Positions 27,238 to 37,188 of a stretch of 46,999 nucleotides of DNA are shown here, piece after piece. The notes under the pieces were generated by a model. That model had not been told where the DNA came from, ran no database searches, and worked only from the letters and a program-made list of their open reading frames with translations. The stretch is from Candidatus Colwellbacteria bacterium (GTDB taxonomy: Bacteria > Patescibacteriota > Minisyncoccia > UBA6257 > Colwellbacteraceae), in assembly GCA_023228665.1 (NCBI GenBank), contig JALOAR010000002.1, positions 1 through 46,999 of the forward strand, written 5' to 3'. Numbering within the stretch: position 1 is the first letter of the stretch; every line of letters starts with the position of its first letter. A program made the position numbers and the translations under genes.

Positions 27238-28527
27238 ATGTCCGCTTTTTACGATAATTTCCATAACAAAAAAACATTTTTAAACTCCTCCACCCAATTC
27301 CACTCTGCACCTTCCTTCACCCTCGTCGAGCTCCTCATAGTAATAGCAATTTTAGCCGTTTTGGCTGCAGCAGTAGTCATTGTCTTGAACCCAGCAGAAC
27401 TCTTGGCCCAAGCTCGAGACTCTGAACGTATAACAGATATGAAGACTCTCAAAGACTCCATAGATATCTGGGTAGTGGATAATCCCAATGTATCCATGGG
27501 CATATCTCAAACAGTATATATCTCCATCCCTGACACCAGCTCTACCTGTGCCAATATCTCTGATCTCCCAGCTCTTCCTTCAGGCTGGGCATACCACTGT
27601 ACAACAGAAGCAAACCTCCAGAATACGGATGGCACAGGCTGGATACCTCTTAACCTCTCATCCATATACGGAGGAAGCCCCATACCTTATTTCCCTATAG
27701 ATCCTTCAAATGAAGCTTCTTCAGGCAAATACTATACATATACTTCAGGAGGTTCATATGAACTGACTGCTCTTATGGAATCTGAAAAGCACTTTGCTAT
27801 GAAAGACGGAGGAAGATATGTAGAGATGTTTGAAGCAGGAAGCAATCTTTCTCTCCTCCCTGTTTCCAGAGATCCTTCTCTTGTAGGCTACTGGCCCTTT
27901 GAAGGATATGGATCCATAGCGGATCTCCAGACTTCTGGCCTTGAAGACTATTCAGGCTATGGAAACAACGGCACCGCAGACAATACAAACGGCCTTGGAA
28001 TGTCTTTTGTTTCCGGGAAAGTTGGCAGTGCCGTGCAGTTTGATGGAGTGGATGATTATGTAAATGGAGGAACACCAACACTCCTAACCACAACTGATGA
28101 TTTCAGTATTTCTGTATGGGTTAATCCCGGAATAATAGAAAATTGGAGCGCTCTGGTAGGGCTTGTTTCTAATAGTAATATAAGAAGATCTCTTTACTTT
28201 TCTCATTCATCCACTCCTATGTATTACACAACTTTTTCGGATGACAATTATTCTACCTTTTATGGAACACCTGAAGGATTAATCGTAGGTAGTTGGATTC
28301 ATATAGTCTTAACCTATGATTATTCATCAAAAACCTATAAATTTTATCAAAATGGATCTTGCACAAAAACAATTAAACGTTCACTACCTGAAAAAATAGA
28401 TTCCAACGCTGTGCTTATCGGAAGAATAGATAACCACTATGGGGACTGCTCCATAGATGAAGTAAGAATATACAATCGCGCTCTCTCTGAAACCGAAATT
28501 AATGCAATATATGAAACCGCAAAATAA
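27238..28527 (+). CDS. Type IV pilin-like protein with C-terminal LamG / concanavalin-A-like domain
   Basis: Class III signal core SFTLVELLIVIAILAVLAA with Glu at +5. LamG-type blocks GYWPFEG, GSAVQFDGVDDYV, SISVWV and DEVRIYNRALSETEI. Confidence 0.75.
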   Translation: MSAFYDNFHNKKTFLNSSTQFHSAPSFTLVELLIVIAILAVLAAAVVIVLNPAELLAQARDSERITDMKTLKDSIDIWVVDNPNVSMGISQTVYISIPDTSSTCANISDLPALPSGWAYHCTTEANLQNTDGTGWIPLNLSSIYGGSPIPYFPIDPSNEASSGKYYTYTSGGSYELTALMESEKHFAMKDGGRYVEMFEAGSNLSLLPVSRDPSLVGYWPFEGYGSIADLQTSGLEDYSGYGNNGTADNTNGLGMSFVSGKVGSAVQFDGVDDYVNGGTPTLLTTTDDFSISVWVNPGIIENWSALVGLVSNSNIRRSLYFSHSSTPMYYTTFSDDNYSTFYGTPEGLIVGSWIHIVLTYDYSSKTYKFYQNGSCTKTIKRSLPEKIDSNAVLIGRIDNHYGDCSIDEVRIYNRALSETEINAIYETAK

Positions 28528-28529
28528 AA

Positions 28530-28555
28530 ACCGCCTTTCGGCGGTATTTTATTTT
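28530..28555. terminator. Bidirectional terminator between the pilin-like gene and gatB
   Basis: ACCGCC-TTTC-GGCGGT flanked by an A-run and a T-run. Confidence 0.6.
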
Positions 28556-30000
28556 AAACTTTCTCCTAGCACCTTTCTTATTGCCTCCGGATTTCCCTGC
28601 CCTTTTAGTTTCGCCATAGTCTGGCCAAAAAGAAATTGAATGACATTTTCTTTTCCATTTTTATAATCCTCTACCGCTTTCGGATTTTCTTCTAAAACTT
28701 GGTTTATAACCTCTGTAATAGCGCTTTCATCAGTCACCTGCTTTATACCCTTATTTTTTATTATATTTCTCGGATCAAGCCCCGTTTCATACATTTCCGC
28801 TAATATGTCTTTCGCCATACGGCTCGAAAGATCTCCTCTAGTTATCAGTATGCAAAGATCTGCCATATTCTCCGGAGTAACTTTTTCTTTAAATCTTTCT
28901 AAATCAACGCCGGCCTGGTTTATTACACCCCTTACATCGGCAATCATATAATTAGCCGCTATTTTTAAGCATTCTTTTTTTTGGTCATCTGAAATATCTT
29001 CCGCCACTACCTCCGAAGCAGTTTGTTCATAATAATCTGCGAACATCCTGTCTTCTGAGAAAGTACTTGCAGCATCATCGGTTATACTAAACTCACTAAC
29101 AAATCTTTCTCTTTTTTCCCAAGGCATTTCAGGAACCTCGAGTCTTAATTTTTCAATATCTATAAACTCCTTATCGGTAAGGTCAAAAGGAGGTATGTCC
29201 GGCTCCGGTAAATAGCGATAATCATGAGCCTCTTCCTTGCTCCTTTGGCTGAAAGTTTTATGTTTTTCACTGTCCCAGCCCCGCGTCTCTTGAATTATCC
29301 TATTTCCTTTTTCAATCTCTTCAATCTGCCTCTTTATTTCATAATCTATCGCCTCCGCCATAAACTTAAAAGAATTAAGATTTTTTACCTCGACTTTCGT
29401 CCCAAGCTTATCCGTTTCTTCAGGACGAACCGAAATATTTGCCTCAAGCCTCATTTCTCCTTTTTCCATATCAGCTGACGATATACCTAAATAACGCAAC
29501 ACCAATTGTAATTCCTTGGTAAATCTCACCGCCTGCTCACCATTCTCAATATCAGGTTCGGTAACAAGTTCCATAAGCGGAACTCCGGCGCGATTATAAT
29601 CGCAAAAAGTTTCTCCATTTTCAGAATGAACTAATTTCCCGGCATCTTCCTCAAGATGTATTCTTGTAAGCTTTATGCCTGTTAGTTCTCCTCCCTCTAC
29701 GAACGGATATTCGTATTGGGATATTTGGTACCCTTTTGGCAGATCAGGATAAAAATAACTCTTGCGATCAAAATAACTCCTTTCAGAGATATTCCCTCCA
29801 AGAGCCATGCCTAGCTTTAATATTGATTTTATTGCCTCCTTATTGGGTGCTGACATAGTTCCCGGATGCCCTAAGCATATCGGACAAACATTTATATTAG
29901 GTTTTTTTTCTTCTCTGTCATTCGGACATCTGCAAAACATCTTGGTCGCCGTATTAAGCTCCATATGCACCTCAAGCCCTATCGTCGGAATATACTTCAT
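28549..30000 (-). CDS. gatB: Asp/Glu-tRNA amidotransferase subunit B
   Basis: GLEVHMELNT..KMFC.C N-terminus, DYNRAGVPLMELVTEPD and a GatB/YqeY C-terminal domain. Confidence 0.93.
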   Translation of the reverse strand: MKYIPTIGLEVHMELNTATKMFCRCPNDREEKKPNINVCPICLGHPGTMSAPNKEAIKSILKLGMALGGNISERSYFDRKSYFYPDLPKGYQISQYEYPFVEGGELTGIKLTRIHLEEDAGKLVHSENGETFCDYNRAGVPLMELVTEPDIENGEQAVRFTKELQLVLRYLGISSADMEKGEMRLEANISVRPEETDKLGTKVEVKNLNSFKFMAEAIDYEIKRQIEEIEKGNRIIQETRGWDSEKHKTFSQRSKEEAHDYRYLPEPDIPPFDLTDKEFIDIEKLRLEVPEMPWEKRERFVSEFSITDDAASTFSEDRMFADYYEQTASEVVAEDISDDQKKECLKIAANYMIADVRGVINQAGVDLERFKEKVTPENMADLCILITRGDLSSRMAKDILAEMYETGLDPRNIIKNKGIKQVTDESAITEVINQVLEENPKAVEDYKNGKENVIQFLFGQTMAKLKGQGNPEAIRKVLGESLK

Positions 30001-30052
30001 TTCAAAGGAATTTTAACAGAAGAATAAGCTTATATAAAGCCGCTTATATTAC

Positions 30053-30081
30053 AAAAGAACCGCCCTCACCGCGGTTCTTTT
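30053..30081 (-). terminator. Intrinsic terminator directly after rplK
   Basis: AAAAGAACCGC / GCGGTTCTTTT stem with a T-run on the minus strand. Confidence 0.65.
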
Positions 30082-30107
30082 AATCACTTAAAACTATAAT
30101 TTATCGG

Positions 30108-30530
30108 TTACTCAACCGTAATGCCCATCGATTTTGCTGTTCCGGCAATAATTTTTTTAGCAGCCTCAATATCATTAGCATTCAAATCCTCCATCTTTTT
30201 CAAAGCTATAGCTTCAAGATCGCTTTGAGTAATTTTTCCTACTTTATTTTTGTTCGGTATGCCAGAACCTTTCGAAATACCGGCAGCTTTCCTTAAAAGA
30301 TCAGAAGCCGGAGAAGTCTTTAGCTTGAAAGTAAAACTCCTATCTTCAAAAATAGTTATTTCTGCAGGAACAATATCGTTTCCCATATCCTTAGTAGCAT
30401 CATTAAACTGTTTGCAAAAATCCTGGATGCTAATACCATGCTGTCCGAGAGCCGGACCGATTGGAGGAGCCGGATTAGCTTTACCGGCTTCTATCTGTAA
30501 TTTAAGTACTGTTTTTATTTTCTTAGCCAT
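30108..30530 (-). CDS. rplK: 50S ribosomal protein L11
   Basis: [24 protein letters not shown]... is canonical L11. Confidence 0.95.
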   Translation of the reverse strand: MAKKIKTVLKLQIEAGKANPAPPIGPALGQHGISIQDFCKQFNDATKDMGNDIVPAEITIFEDRSFTFKLKTSPASDLLRKAAGISKGSGIPNKNKVGKITQSDLEAIALKKMEDLNANDIEAAKKIIAGTAKSMGITVE

Positions 30531-30560
30531 GTTTTTTGTATTTAGCCTGATTAATCTAAC

Positions 30561-31148
30561 CTATATCTTCTGTATTTGCAAAGCGTCGAGTTCAACGGCA
30601 GTATCCCTTCCGAATATCGGAACAAGAACCTTTACTCTGCCTTTAGCTTCGTCTATTTCATCAATCTTTCCATCTGAATCCTTGAAAGGTCCGTCAACTA
30701 TCCGAACAAGCTCGCCAATGCGAAAATCAACCTTAAAGCTAGGTTCCTCGCCCTTCATCTTCATCATAAGACTATCAACTTCTTCCTTAGAAAGAGGTGA
30801 AGGAGTAGTGCTGTCCGCCCCGACAAAACCCGTTACTCTCGGCGTATTTCGCACGATGTACCAAGTATCAGGACTCATTATCATTTCGACAAGAACATAG
30901 CCGGGATATATCTTTTCTTCCACTTCGCTCCTTTTGCCGTTTTTTATCTTAACTTTTTTCTCTTTTGGGACAATAACGTTAAATATGCGATCATTAACGC
31001 CTAAAGATTCTATTCTCTGCTTAAGATACCTTTCTACAGCATCTTCATAACCGGAATATGTATGTACCGCAAACCACTGGCGAGATTCATCCTCTGCCTG
31101 CATACTATTTTTTTGGTTTATATCTTTTGTCTCCGCCATATGGATCAA
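30561..31148 (-). CDS. nusG: Transcription termination/antitermination factor NusG
   Basis: WFAVHTYSGYE NGN domain and KOW motif GELVRIVDGPFKDSDGKI. 4-nt overlap with secE. Confidence 0.9.
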   Translation of the reverse strand: MIHMAETKDINQKNSMQAEDESRQWFAVHTYSGYEDAVERYLKQRIESLGVNDRIFNVIVPKEKKVKIKNGKRSEVEEKIYPGYVLVEMIMSPDTWYIVRNTPRVTGFVGADSTTPSPLSKEEVDSLMMKMKGEEPSFKVDFRIGELVRIVDGPFKDSDGKIDEIDEAKGRVKVLVPIFGRDTAVELDALQIQKI

Positions 31149-31327
31149 ATTATAAATTTTTGTACTAACTGCCTAAAGCCAAGATCGGCAAAACCCAAAA
31201 AGAAAGACATCAAAAGTGAAAAAGCGATGACCACGATAACAAGTCTGATAGTTTCTTTTTTGCTTGGCCAGGTTACTTGTTTAAATTCAGAAACAATCCC
31301 GGAAATAAACGAATTTAAAGACTTCAT
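31145..31327 (-). CDS. secE: Preprotein translocase subunit SecE
   Basis: 60 aa. EFKQVTWPSKKET followed by a single TM helix. Conserved secE-nusG-rplK order. Confidence 0.82.
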   Translation of the reverse strand: MKSLNSFISGIVSEFKQVTWPSKKETIRLVIVVIAFSLLMSFFLGFADLGFRQLVQKFII

Positions 31328-31355
31328 TTGTGCTAAAACAGTATAATTTTAATGC

Positions 31356-33287
<1,932 letters not shown>

Positions 33288-33359
33288 TTAGCCACTTTTT
33301 CAGAAAAAAATAAGCCTGATATAAAGCAGCTTAAATACCTGGTAATTATAGCTTAAAAA

Positions 33360-35249
33360 CTACCTTATTTCCACTCCTTTAAGCGCTGATATTGCCTGTA
33401 TTATCTGACCCATTTTAGCCTCAATTTCGGCTTCAGTCAGCGTCTTTTTATAAGACTGGAATATCAGCCTAAACGTAATTCCAAAGCGATTATTATCCAA
33501 ATCTGGATAATAATCTTCAAGATCAACATCGCTAAGATCACTTATATTCAAATCATTTATAGTGCCAAGCAAATCGCCTACCCTAATATCTGCGCTAACC
33601 CACAAAGAAAGATCTCTCATTGCCGTCGGGTAAGGAGATAAAGGTTTATACTCAAATTCCGCCTCCGAAGCTTCCATTAATTTTTCCGCATCAGCTTCAA
33701 AAAAAGCTCTCGAGCCTTTTTTGCTAAGCCACAGCTTACCCGCCTCTTTGCCGTCGACTTCCAGTATTAATAAATCTTTATTGCTAGAAATAAAAGATGT
33801 ATAACCTATTCCTATTTTATCAAGAACCTCCTCAAGAGACCCTCTTAAAATTCTTAAAGAATCTTCCTTGCTGTCAGTTTTTACAGCTCCCGCCAATGAC
33901 CAATGTTCCTTGCCTATGCCGTCAAATACTTTCCCAAATTCAAATATTCTAATCCTGTTAAAAGACTTTTCGTTTTTATCTATAACTTCATCCAGGCCAG
34001 TTGCCAAATTCGGCCTCATATAAGCTTTATCTTGGCTTATAGGATTAAGCAATTCGACAAAGCTATTATTAAAATCCCCAAAACTATAACTTAATATTTC
34101 ATCAAATCCGACAGTTACAAAAGATCTTTTAACTTTATCCTTAAAATGAACTATCGGATCGTCATGGAGAGGCACTATCGAAATAACCGGAACCTCTGCT
34201 TCAATTTCTTCCAAGCCATACATCCTTATAACTTCTTCTGCTAAGTCTTCGAATATTTCCACATCCAGCCTTTCAGCCGGAACTTCTGCTACATTTCCCT
34301 TCATTTTAAATCCAAGTTTTTTAAGTATTCCTATTGCCTGCGCCTTGCTTACTTTGACGCCAGTTATGCTCTCAAACTTATCCGAATCAAACTTTATAAA
34401 CTTTCTTGGTTCCTTCACCTCATACACATCAGTTATAGAAACCGGCTTGGCAAAACAAATTTGCTCAAGTAGCTTTAATGCCCTGCCCATTCCCAAATAT
34501 GCTTTTTCCGAACTCATTCCATGACCATATCTGCGGGAAGCATCCGTATCCAGCTTAATATCCCTAGATGTCTTATAAACAGATACTGAATCAAAGTTAG
34601 CCGCTTCCAAAATAACTTTTTTTGTTTTTGCAGTTATTTCGGCAGATTTTCCGCCTTTTATTCCTGCTATTGCAAGCAACTTTTCTTCATCGGCAATTAC
34701 AGTGTCCGAGGAAGACAACTTATATTCTCCTCCATCAATAGTTATTATCTTTTCTCCTTTCTTCGCTTTTCTGACAATTATGTCGCCTTTAACTTTCTCT
34801 GCATCAAAAGCATGCATCGGCTGGCCGACTTCTATCATTACATAATTAAGAATATCCACTATCGGACTAATTGATCTTAAGCCGCAGACTCTTAAATATT
34901 TTTTCATCCAAGACGGAGTCGTCCCTTTTTTAGCCAACTCAATCTTGCAACCCATATAGCGATAACAGCCAGAATCCTTATTTAGCCTCACGCCAAGGCC
35001 TTTTTTTATCTTTTTAAGATTAAATACTTTTACAGGTATGCTTCGAAAATTGAATATCGCCGCAGCCTCTCTCGCTATTCCTGTGTGAGAAGCAGCATCA
35101 GACCACCTATTAGAATTTATTTTAATATCCAACGCATCGCCTTCTATGCCGTCCACCTCAAAAGATTTGAGAGCAAGCTCATCAGCCACCTTCTTCTTCG
35201 CCGGAAGATTTGGGACCATCTCACGTATTAATGAATAACTAAACTTCAT
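33360..35249 (-). CDS. pheT: Phenylalanine--tRNA ligase beta subunit (short, 629 aa)
   Basis: MKFSYSLIREMV N-terminus, B3/B4 and B5 regions, and a FDX-ACB-like C-terminus. Directly downstream of pheS. Confidence 0.9.
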   Translation of the reverse strand: MKFSYSLIREMVPNLPAKKKVADELALKSFEVDGIEGDALDIKINSNRWSDAASHTGIAREAAAIFNFRSIPVKVFNLKKIKKGLGVRLNKDSGCYRYMGCKIELAKKGTTPSWMKKYLRVCGLRSISPIVDILNYVMIEVGQPMHAFDAEKVKGDIIVRKAKKGEKIITIDGGEYKLSSSDTVIADEEKLLAIAGIKGGKSAEITAKTKKVILEAANFDSVSVYKTSRDIKLDTDASRRYGHGMSSEKAYLGMGRALKLLEQICFAKPVSITDVYEVKEPRKFIKFDSDKFESITGVKVSKAQAIGILKKLGFKMKGNVAEVPAERLDVEIFEDLAEEVIRMYGLEEIEAEVPVISIVPLHDDPIVHFKDKVKRSFVTVGFDEILSYSFGDFNNSFVELLNPISQDKAYMRPNLATGLDEVIDKNEKSFNRIRIFEFGKVFDGIGKEHWSLAGAVKTDSKEDSLRILRGSLEEVLDKIGIGYTSFISSNKDLLILEVDGKEAGKLWLSKKGSRAFFEADAEKLMEASEAEFEYKPLSPYPTAMRDLSLWVSADIRVGDLLGTINDLNISDLSDVDLEDYYPDLDNNRFGITFRLIFQSYKKTLTEAEIEAKMGQIIQAISALKGVEIR

Positions 35250-35250
35250 A

Positions 35251-36234
35251 TTAGAATTTTTTTATAAATTTAAGATCTCCTGAATTAAATAGCCTGATAT
35301 CCGATATTCCATATTTAACCATTATCAATCTTTCCAAACCAAAGCCAAAAGCAAAACCTTGCCATTCTTTCGGGTTATAACCCGCGTATTTAAATACTTT
35401 CGGATGAACCATTCCAGCCCCGGCAACTTCCAGCCAATCAGAATCATCGAGCTTAATATCTATTTCCACTCCTGGCTCCACAAAAGGAAAATAACTGGAC
35501 CTTAACCTGACTTTAACATTTTTATTGGAAAAGAATTGCCTGAAAAATTCACTGATTACAAACTTTAAATGAGCCAAAGAAATATCTTTCCCGACCATAA
35601 GACCTTCTAATTGGTAAAAATTAGTTTCGTGAGTCGAATCCGTAGCCTCGTACCTGAATGTTTTTCCCGGAGATATTATCTGGAAAGGAGGCTTATGAGT
35701 CTCCATATACCTTATTTGCACAGGGCTTGTATGCGTTCTTAAAAGATACTTCTTTTTTGCTGAATCCGGAGTTTTAATCCAAAAAGTATCCCACATTTCT
35801 CTCGCTGGATGCCAAGCCGGAATATTCAAAGCGTCAAAATTATGATACTCATCTTCCATCTCTGGACCATCAATAACCGAAAAATTCATTGAATTAAATA
35901 TTCGCCTTATTTCCGTTTCCGTCTGCGTTATTAAGTTAAGATGACCCGGTTCCGGCCTTTTTCCCGGCAAGGTCACGTCTGCCCAATCTTCCTCTTCCGA
36001 TAATTCTCTTTTTTTAAAAACCAAAGCTTGCTCTATATTTTCACGCATTTCTTGCAATTGCGGGCCAAATTTTCTCTTATCTTCATCAGAAAGAGCCTTT
36101 AAAGATTTTAAAAGCAAGGTTATTTCACCTTTTTTTCTCCCAAGATATTTTAGCCTTATTTCTTTAAGTTCATCCAAAGAAATAGCCCCGTTTATCTCGG
36201 TAGTAGCCCTGTTTCTTATATCATCGATATTCAT
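35251..36234 (-). CDS. pheS: Phenylalanine--tRNA ligase alpha subunit
   Basis: Class II motifs: HPAREMWDTF, FRYE...HE..FYQLEG and GFAFGFGLERL. Confidence 0.93.
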   Translation of the reverse strand: MNIDDIRNRATTEINGAISLDELKEIRLKYLGRKKGEITLLLKSLKALSDEDKRKFGPQLQEMRENIEQALVFKKRELSEEEDWADVTLPGKRPEPGHLNLITQTETEIRRIFNSMNFSVIDGPEMEDEYHNFDALNIPAWHPAREMWDTFWIKTPDSAKKKYLLRTHTSPVQIRYMETHKPPFQIISPGKTFRYEATDSTHETNFYQLEGLMVGKDISLAHLKFVISEFFRQFFSNKNVKVRLRSSYFPFVEPGVEIDIKLDDSDWLEVAGAGMVHPKVFKYAGYNPKEWQGFAFGFGLERLIMVKYGISDIRLFNSGDLKFIKKF

Positions 36235-36281
36235 ATATGCAATACAAAAATATTAGCAGAATAAAGCTAATAGTTACAAAT

Positions 36282-36301
36282 AAAAAAACGGCTGTAAGCC
36301 G
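36282..36301 (-). terminator. Terminator after the minus-strand tRNA pair
   Basis: CGGCT-TAC-AGCCG followed by T7 on the minus strand. Confidence 0.55.
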
Positions 36302-36327
36302 AAATAATAACAAATTAAAACAATCTG

Positions 36328-36400
36328 TGCCGGCGGCAGGAATTGAACCTGCGACCTAGCGCTTATGAAACGCTCGCTCTAACCCCTGAGCTACGCCGGC
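36328..36400 (-). tRNA. tRNA with CAU anticodon, elongator type (Met, or Ile2 if lysidinylated)
   Basis: Reverse complement GCCGGCG TAGCTCAGGGGTTAGAGC ... loop UUCAUAA ... GGTTCAATTCC ... CGCCGGC A. G1-C72 is paired. Confidence 0.85.
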
Positions 36401-36410
36401 ATAAACCTTG

Positions 36411-36482
36411 TTGCGGAGGCGGGAATCGAACCCGCTCCTAGAGCTTATGAGGCTCTCGAGGTAACCAGTCCTCCACTCCGCG
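36411..36482 (-). tRNA. Initiator tRNA-fMet (CAU)
   Basis: The reverse complement starts CGCGGAG and ends CTCCGCAA. This gives the C1xA72 mismatch typical of bacterial initiators. Loop CUCAUAA. T-arm GGTTCGATTCC. Confidence 0.8.
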
Positions 36483-36553
36483 ATACTTATCCTGTTAGGA
36501 CAAGGGTAATGTTACTATATGAACAAGCTTAATTCAATGCCTTAATAAGCTTC

Positions 36554-36582
36554 TTGATTGAGCTAATAAAGATAGTTATAAT
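36554..36582 (+). promoter_or_regulatory. Promoter of tRNA-Asp
   Basis: TTGATT, 17 nt, then consensus TATAAT, about 25 nt before the tRNA 5' end. Confidence 0.6.
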
Positions 36583-36607
36583 CCAATCTGTTTAATATTA
36601 AGCGCAT

Positions 36608-36684
36608 GCAGCGGTAGCTCAACTGGTTAGAGCGCTGCCCTGTCACGGCAGAGGTTGCGGGTTCGAGTCCCGTCCGCTGCGCCA
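36608..36684 (+). tRNA. tRNA-Asp (GUC) with encoded CCA
   Basis: GCAGCGG acceptor, D-arm TAGCTCAACTGGTTAGAGC, anticodon arm CTGCC-CUGUCAC-GGCAG, T-arm GCGGGTTCGAGTCCCGT, CCGCTGC-G-CCA. Confidence 0.9.
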
Positions 36685-36689
36685 TATAC

Positions 36690-36710
36690 AAAACCCCTTT
36701 AGGGGTTTTT
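36690..36710 (+). terminator. Terminator after tRNA-Asp
   Basis: AAAACCCCT / AGGGGTTTT followed by T. Confidence 0.7.
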
Positions 36711-36773
36711 ATATATCAATTCGGGACGAGAACGCCGGACTGAAGATTTTTCAGCAGAAAAATCGAAGGAGGC

Positions 36774-36838
36774 GCGGGTTTGAAGCAATTTCGAGCGACA
36801 GCGAGGAATTGACTAAAAACGAGTCCCGTCCGCTGCGC
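36774..36838 (+). pseudogene. Interrupted duplicate of the tRNA-Asp 3' portion
   Basis: GCGGGTT (= 36657-36663), then a 39-nt insert, then CGAGTCCCGTCCGCTGCGC (36820-36838, identical to 36664-36682). No 5' half or CCA. Confidence 0.7.
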
Positions 36839-36840
36839 AG

Positions 36841-36869
36841 AATAAAATCCCCACAAAGGATTTTATTTT
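36841..36869 (+). terminator. Hairpin and T-run after the duplicated tRNA fragment
   Basis: AATAAAATCC / GGATTTTATT, a 10-bp stem. Confidence 0.55.
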
Positions 36870-36885
36870 AAAAATTTAATCTTTA

Positions 36886-36914
36886 TTGACATAATCCCGT
36901 CAAATTAATAGTAT
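36886..36914 (+). promoter_or_regulatory. Strong sigma70-like promoter of the tRNA-like element
   Basis: Consensus TTGACA, 17-nt spacer, then TAGTAT. Confidence 0.6.
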
Positions 36915-36949
36915 ATATCTCCAAGACCTAGGTCTTTTAAAATAAACGT

Positions 36950-37073
36950 CGCGATGTACCTCAGCTGGTTTCAGTTTCTAATTAGAGAAGTCCGGAAAAA
37001 CTTTAATAAGAAAATAAGAGGATCTCTTTTTAAAAAGGGAAAGACGAGGGTTCAAATCCTTTCATCGCGGCCA
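36950..37073 (+). ncRNA. Atypical 124-nt tRNA-like RNA (acceptor stem, T-arm, G-CCA end; no canonical anticodon arm found)
   Basis: 5' CGCGATG pairs perfectly with 3' CATCGCG. T-arm GAGGG-TTCAAAT-CCTTT. Discriminator G plus encoded CCA. D-arm-like CCTCAGCTGGTT...TAGAG carries an insertion of about 12 nt. The interior is A/U-rich. Confidence 0.5.
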
Positions 37074-37131
37074 TTAGGCGAAGCGCCTCAACTCATTCAG
37101 CCATATCTGGCTGCTTGCTCTAAGCTTCGCC

Positions 37132-37164
37132 AAACGCCCCGGCAAATTGCCAGGGCGTTTTTTA
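37132..37164. terminator. Strong hairpin terminator shared with convergent gatA
   Basis: AAACGCCC-CGGCAA-A-TTGCC-A-GGGCGTTT followed by TTT. Confidence 0.75.
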
Positions 37165-37188
37165 TTTACCTATATTCCTAAATTATAA

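Noticed and set aside
36950-37073. tmRNA (ssrA) hypothesis for the tRNA-like element
   Set aside because: It is far too short for tmRNA. The acceptor lacks the G3-U70 alanine identity pair, the discriminator is G rather than A, and there is no tag reading frame (no Ala-rich ORF ending in a stop).
36954-37181. Listed 75-aa ORF
   Set aside because: It overlaps the tRNA-like element, its trailer and the terminator. There is no SD, and the acceptor, T-arm and CCA features explain the sequence better.
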